DNA of 64,000 nt from Psammoneis japonica (taxonomy: Eukaryota). Where the stretch lies: the NCBI GenBank assembly GCA_008632985.1, contig QPGO01000249.1, forward strand, positions 1 through 64,000. Direction: 5' to 3'. The notes under the pieces were generated by a model. It was not told the origin of the DNA, did no database searches, and was given only the letters and a program-made list of their open reading frames with translations. Both the position numbers and the translations under genes were made by a program. This document shows positions 60,439-64,000 of the stretch, in pieces (position 1 is the stretch's first letter; every line of letters begins with the position of its first letter).

Positions 60439-62016
60439 ATGGTAGTGGGTCCTTCTTGCGCCAAGACCGGCAATGCCTTCAAGTGTATCTATTCAACAGC
60501 ACTGCTGATCCTTGCGGTTTCAGTCACTCTGGCTACAATCTTTGATGAGAATACGCAGCTTTCCAGGGACGTACATCCAGTATTCGCCTTTGTCATGATT
60601 TGGCTCGCCGTCCTTTGGCTTTCCATGGTAGAAGGTGGACAAGCCCCTTTGGTTGGATTGCCACCAGTTGACAAGGAACTTTACAGGAAGAGCCATCCTA
60701 TTACGCACACGTGCGCGTCGGTGGCTCATAAGGGCGACAACTTGGACCGATATTTGATTGGTAGACAGTTCCTGGTGATTTTGATTGTCTTTTTGACCAA
60801 CTTGGCTGGCCGTCCTCTCCAAGTTGCACAAGTTCTGGGACTTCCCGACGTGATTCTACAAATATTCTTGGGATCCGGATTGGCCATGACATTGATGACG
60901 GCCAATATTGGGCAACTGGCCTCTCAAGTGAACGCGTCCCGATGCATGCTGGACTATATCAACACCTATTTCATGGTTTTTACTCTTTACGTGGCAATGG
61001 CCATTGAAGCTTCTGGTTTGTTGCATTCTGTCTACTTTGTGCAAATGTGCTTTGCTAAGCTTTCCGGCAAGAAATTCAAGTCCAAAGAACCACCCCGAGG
61101 AGACTTTCAAAACATGTTCTTTTTCGGACGAATATATTTTTCCTTGGCCGTGCTGGGCTTTTGCTTTGCAGTCACCCTCAAGGCTATCATTGATGGAAAA
61201 ACAACCATGCGGGACGGCGTCCCCAAGGCTGTCTTGGTTGTTTTATTTTTTGTCCTCATGTCAATAGTTGGTATGTTAGAGGGTATGCAGATTGCATTCT
61301 TTGCTGTCGCCAAGCTCTCCAAGGACGAGCAGCACCAACATCCAGTGGCCATGAAGACATGCGACTTGTTGTTCAAGGGTGAAGGACGAAATTTGCCGGG
61401 ATTTATGATTGGACGACAAATCTGCGTCACAATGTGTTTCTTATTTATTGCTCGAATTACCACAATCAATGTGGACGTGGATGCTGGTGAAGAGACGATA
61501 TTCGGTGTATCCGCAGGCTTGCAGCAATTCTTCAACACCGGACTCCCAGGAGCTATCATTACAACCATTGTGGCATCACTATCATGGCAGCTGGTAGCTT
61601 CCTCTTTTCCTGTAGCCTTTTTGTCCAATCCCTTGGTCTACGTCCTTCTTCGAATTTGCCTCGCTCTCGACGCCACCGGCATTTGCTCAGCCTCACGGGT
61701 CCTTGCCTGGATGCACAAGCGTCTGGTTGGCTTTCAAAAGGATGAAGTGTACATTGGGACACCGGGAGAACGAGCCGCCGCGAACCATCAAGATGACGAA
61801 CAAGCACTGGATGTCAATCCGGGACATTTTTTCCCAGGAGTACCAACCTTGCCCAGATCCGTCACAAGGTACCAAGGGTATATAATTATCACCCTTGACA
61901 AGGTACCCACGGAACAATCGCAGCTGGCTGTCCGTCTTGATGAAGATCTATTTCCTATTTCCGACACAAGACGAGCACAGCACTATAATGCAACTGGTTC
62001 TACCGAACGTACCTAA
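60439..62016 (+). CDS. SIT: Diatom silicon transporter
   Basis: GXQ motifs EGGQ, GRQ, EGMQ and GRQ; CMLD motif; about 10 TM helices with an internal duplication. Confidence 0.96.
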   Translation: MVVGPSCAKTGNAFKCIYSTALLILAVSVTLATIFDENTQLSRDVHPVFAFVMIWLAVLWLSMVEGGQAPLVGLPPVDKELYRKSHPITHTCASVAHKGDNLDRYLIGRQFLVILIVFLTNLAGRPLQVAQVLGLPDVILQIFLGSGLAMTLMTANIGQLASQVNASRCMLDYINTYFMVFTLYVAMAIEASGLLHSVYFVQMCFAKLSGKKFKSKEPPRGDFQNMFFFGRIYFSLAVLGFCFAVTLKAIIDGKTTMRDGVPKAVLVVLFFVLMSIVGMLEGMQIAFFAVAKLSKDEQHQHPVAMKTCDLLFKGEGRNLPGFMIGRQICVTMCFLFIARITTINVDVDAGEETIFGVSAGLQQFFNTGLPGAIITTIVASLSWQLVASSFPVAFLSNPLVYVLLRICLALDATGICSASRVLAWMHKRLVGFQKDEVYIGTPGERAAANHQDDEQALDVNPGHFFPGVPTLPRSVTRYQGYIIITLDKVPTEQSQLAVRLDEDLFPISDTRRAQHYNATGSTERT

Positions 62017-62490
62017 GCTGCTGCACATTCTCAGCATTGATTTGTTGTTTTTACTGCTATAATAGTAAAGATTCACTTTTGAGCTACACATTAATGACGT
62101 CCTCTTCGTTGTGGCAAGTAGTACCCAAATGATACCTTAAAAAAAATAGTCAAAGCTTGCGAATATGGTGATGAAATGGTTCCGTACTTGCGTGTTGTTG
62201 TTGTTCGTCGGAAGTCGAGAAGAGTCTGTCACGTGAGCAAGGAAGCGCGCAAAGAAATCCCTTTTTCAAAGATAAGAAACAGAAGCAGGTACCAAGAGCC
62301 TGGCACTAGAAATACAATGGCCAAGGAATGATAACAAAGAGAATCAATATTATGCAATTTTTAATGTATCCAACGATAACCCAATCGATTCAAGCTTTTA
62401 GCACAGTACACAATCGCATACAATATATCGCAACCGCCCCCATAGGAACAACGATCCCGCACATAAATAGGTGTAAAAAGGAACCAAGTA

Positions 62491-63568
62491 CTACAAATCG
62501 TCTTCTTCTTCTTCTTCGTCTTCTTCCTTCAGCCACTTAAAGAATCTCCCCAAGGCGCGAAGGGGCAATCCAATTGCACTAGTCATGACGCTAAAGTTCC
62601 ACATTACATGTGATCCCACCGAGGCTGCAAACCCAACATCCTCAAAGACCGGCGTAAAGACACGAATCGAAACGATAAATGCCGCATAACATTGGGCTAC
62701 GGCAGCAGAAGCCACAGTCAAGGCCTTGACAACGCTCTCGGCATCCGTCACGATGGACGCCTCGAGAGGACGTATCCAATTGATCAAATGAGCAAAACCA
62801 AACACTAAACTCGATAGAACTGCCCAGAGTGATAAATCTTGTCGCTTTTCTTGGAGTGAGGAGCGATAGGTTGAACTTGGCCTTCGCTGTACAACCTTCT
62901 TAATCGCATTCATGATGCCTTTCCGAAAGATTAATTCCTCCACAATGGGTGCAATGAACAAGACTTGGAAGAAATAAATAAAGGACTGGAAGAAAGAAGT
63001 ATCGCCCATTATACTCCTCCCTCCCGTGATCATAAGGCTGCCTCCCGATAGACCAACAGAACCTGGTAGCGGCAGGAAAGACACCGGCTTGTACATCAAC
63101 ATACCCATCGAGGCGAGAGATTCGGTCACTCGATCCACAACGTTGATTCCGAGTTCAGGAGAGAATGCGTAGGTAACAGCAAATATGCCGGCACACATTA
63201 GCACGCCCAGAGCTGCTCGTCCGTAAATGCTCCAAAACAGATCCCAGAAGAAATGATTCACTACTCCTGCACCCGTCATGAAATCCTCCATGGCACTTCC
63301 CATTCCTCCTTCTCCACTGTCTTCGATTTCACTTAGCTGAGAAGCTCCAATCCTAGGAAAAGAGGCGATGGTATGCCTCTTGAACCCTGCTCTCGACTGG
63401 GGAACCGATCTTTGCATACCGGAAGGACTGACGACAAGTCGACCACTGCTCAATAACCCCAGCGATGGTTGAGTCGAAAAACCGTGAATCTTTTGACTCT
63501 GATGAAACAGAAAGAGGACGATCCAACAAAGTGTGACTGACACTCTTCCGGACGGGACTGCCACCATG
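62491..63568 (-). CDS. CPBP/Abi (type II CAAX) intramembrane protease with targeting presequence; start approximate
   Basis: APIVEELIFR, FGFAHL and SHVMWN motifs. Confidence 0.85.
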
Positions 63569-64000
63569 GTTAGACACACAAAAAACGAAGTCACGATGCT
63601 TGGTGTCGATCTTGGCTTCGGTTCGATTAGCGAGGTGTGATGTTTGATGTGCGTTGATGTCGGTGGATACGGTACGGCGTCGGACGCACAATCGCGATCA
63701 CGCGATCCTCATCGCCAACGGATGACTGACGTAGGCCAGAATCGAGAAAAGAATACGTCAGCGTATGGCATTTCTACGGTAAGTGCCACGTCAGCACTGG
63801 GAAAAATGAAAAATGAGTGGCGCTTTTTTGTGGATGATTTCGAGATTTTTTTTCGAGATTTCCGGTGTTTTTGAGGAAATCATGCAGCATTTTGTCGGAG
63901 GTGCTCCAAAGCTTGCTTCAGAAAAGTTCAGTGAGAACCCCCTTGGAAAATTGAGGCGATTTCATCATTTTTTGTCCTGGTGCCACTTGAGGGGTGCAGA

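Noticed and set aside
63880..64000. Start of another TpA-depleted block
   Set aside because: Too short at the window edge to call.

Overview
Eukaryotic nuclear DNA, almost certainly from a diatom: it carries a SIT silicon transporter, bipartite plastid-targeting presequences, short GT-AG introns, and HA-domain and HMG genes. The window is a mosaic of two compartments. Gene islands with ordinary dinucleotide usage hold tRNA-Pro, a P-loop kinase, an ECM29-like/RBR E3 ligase, HMG-box, SUMO-like/BTB, LRR, ankyrin-TIR, bestrophin-like, M41-like, HA-domain, GNAT, SIT and CPBP genes. Between them lie about eight multi-kb transposon-derived blocks (Sola2-like, copia gag-like, piggyBac-like and an unassigned dispersed family). 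In these blocks both CpG and TpA have largely been converted to TpG/CpA. CpG loss fits known 5mC deamination, but the TpA loss does not. It is confined to repeats, hits both strands, is context-biased (RTAY absent, YTAR surviving), turns transposon Tyr codons into His/Cys, and is directly visible between paralogous copies. This looks like a RIP-like A:T->G:C repeat-hypermutation (genome defence) process and is the main candidate novel system here. All assignments are from motif recognition by eye; no searches were run.
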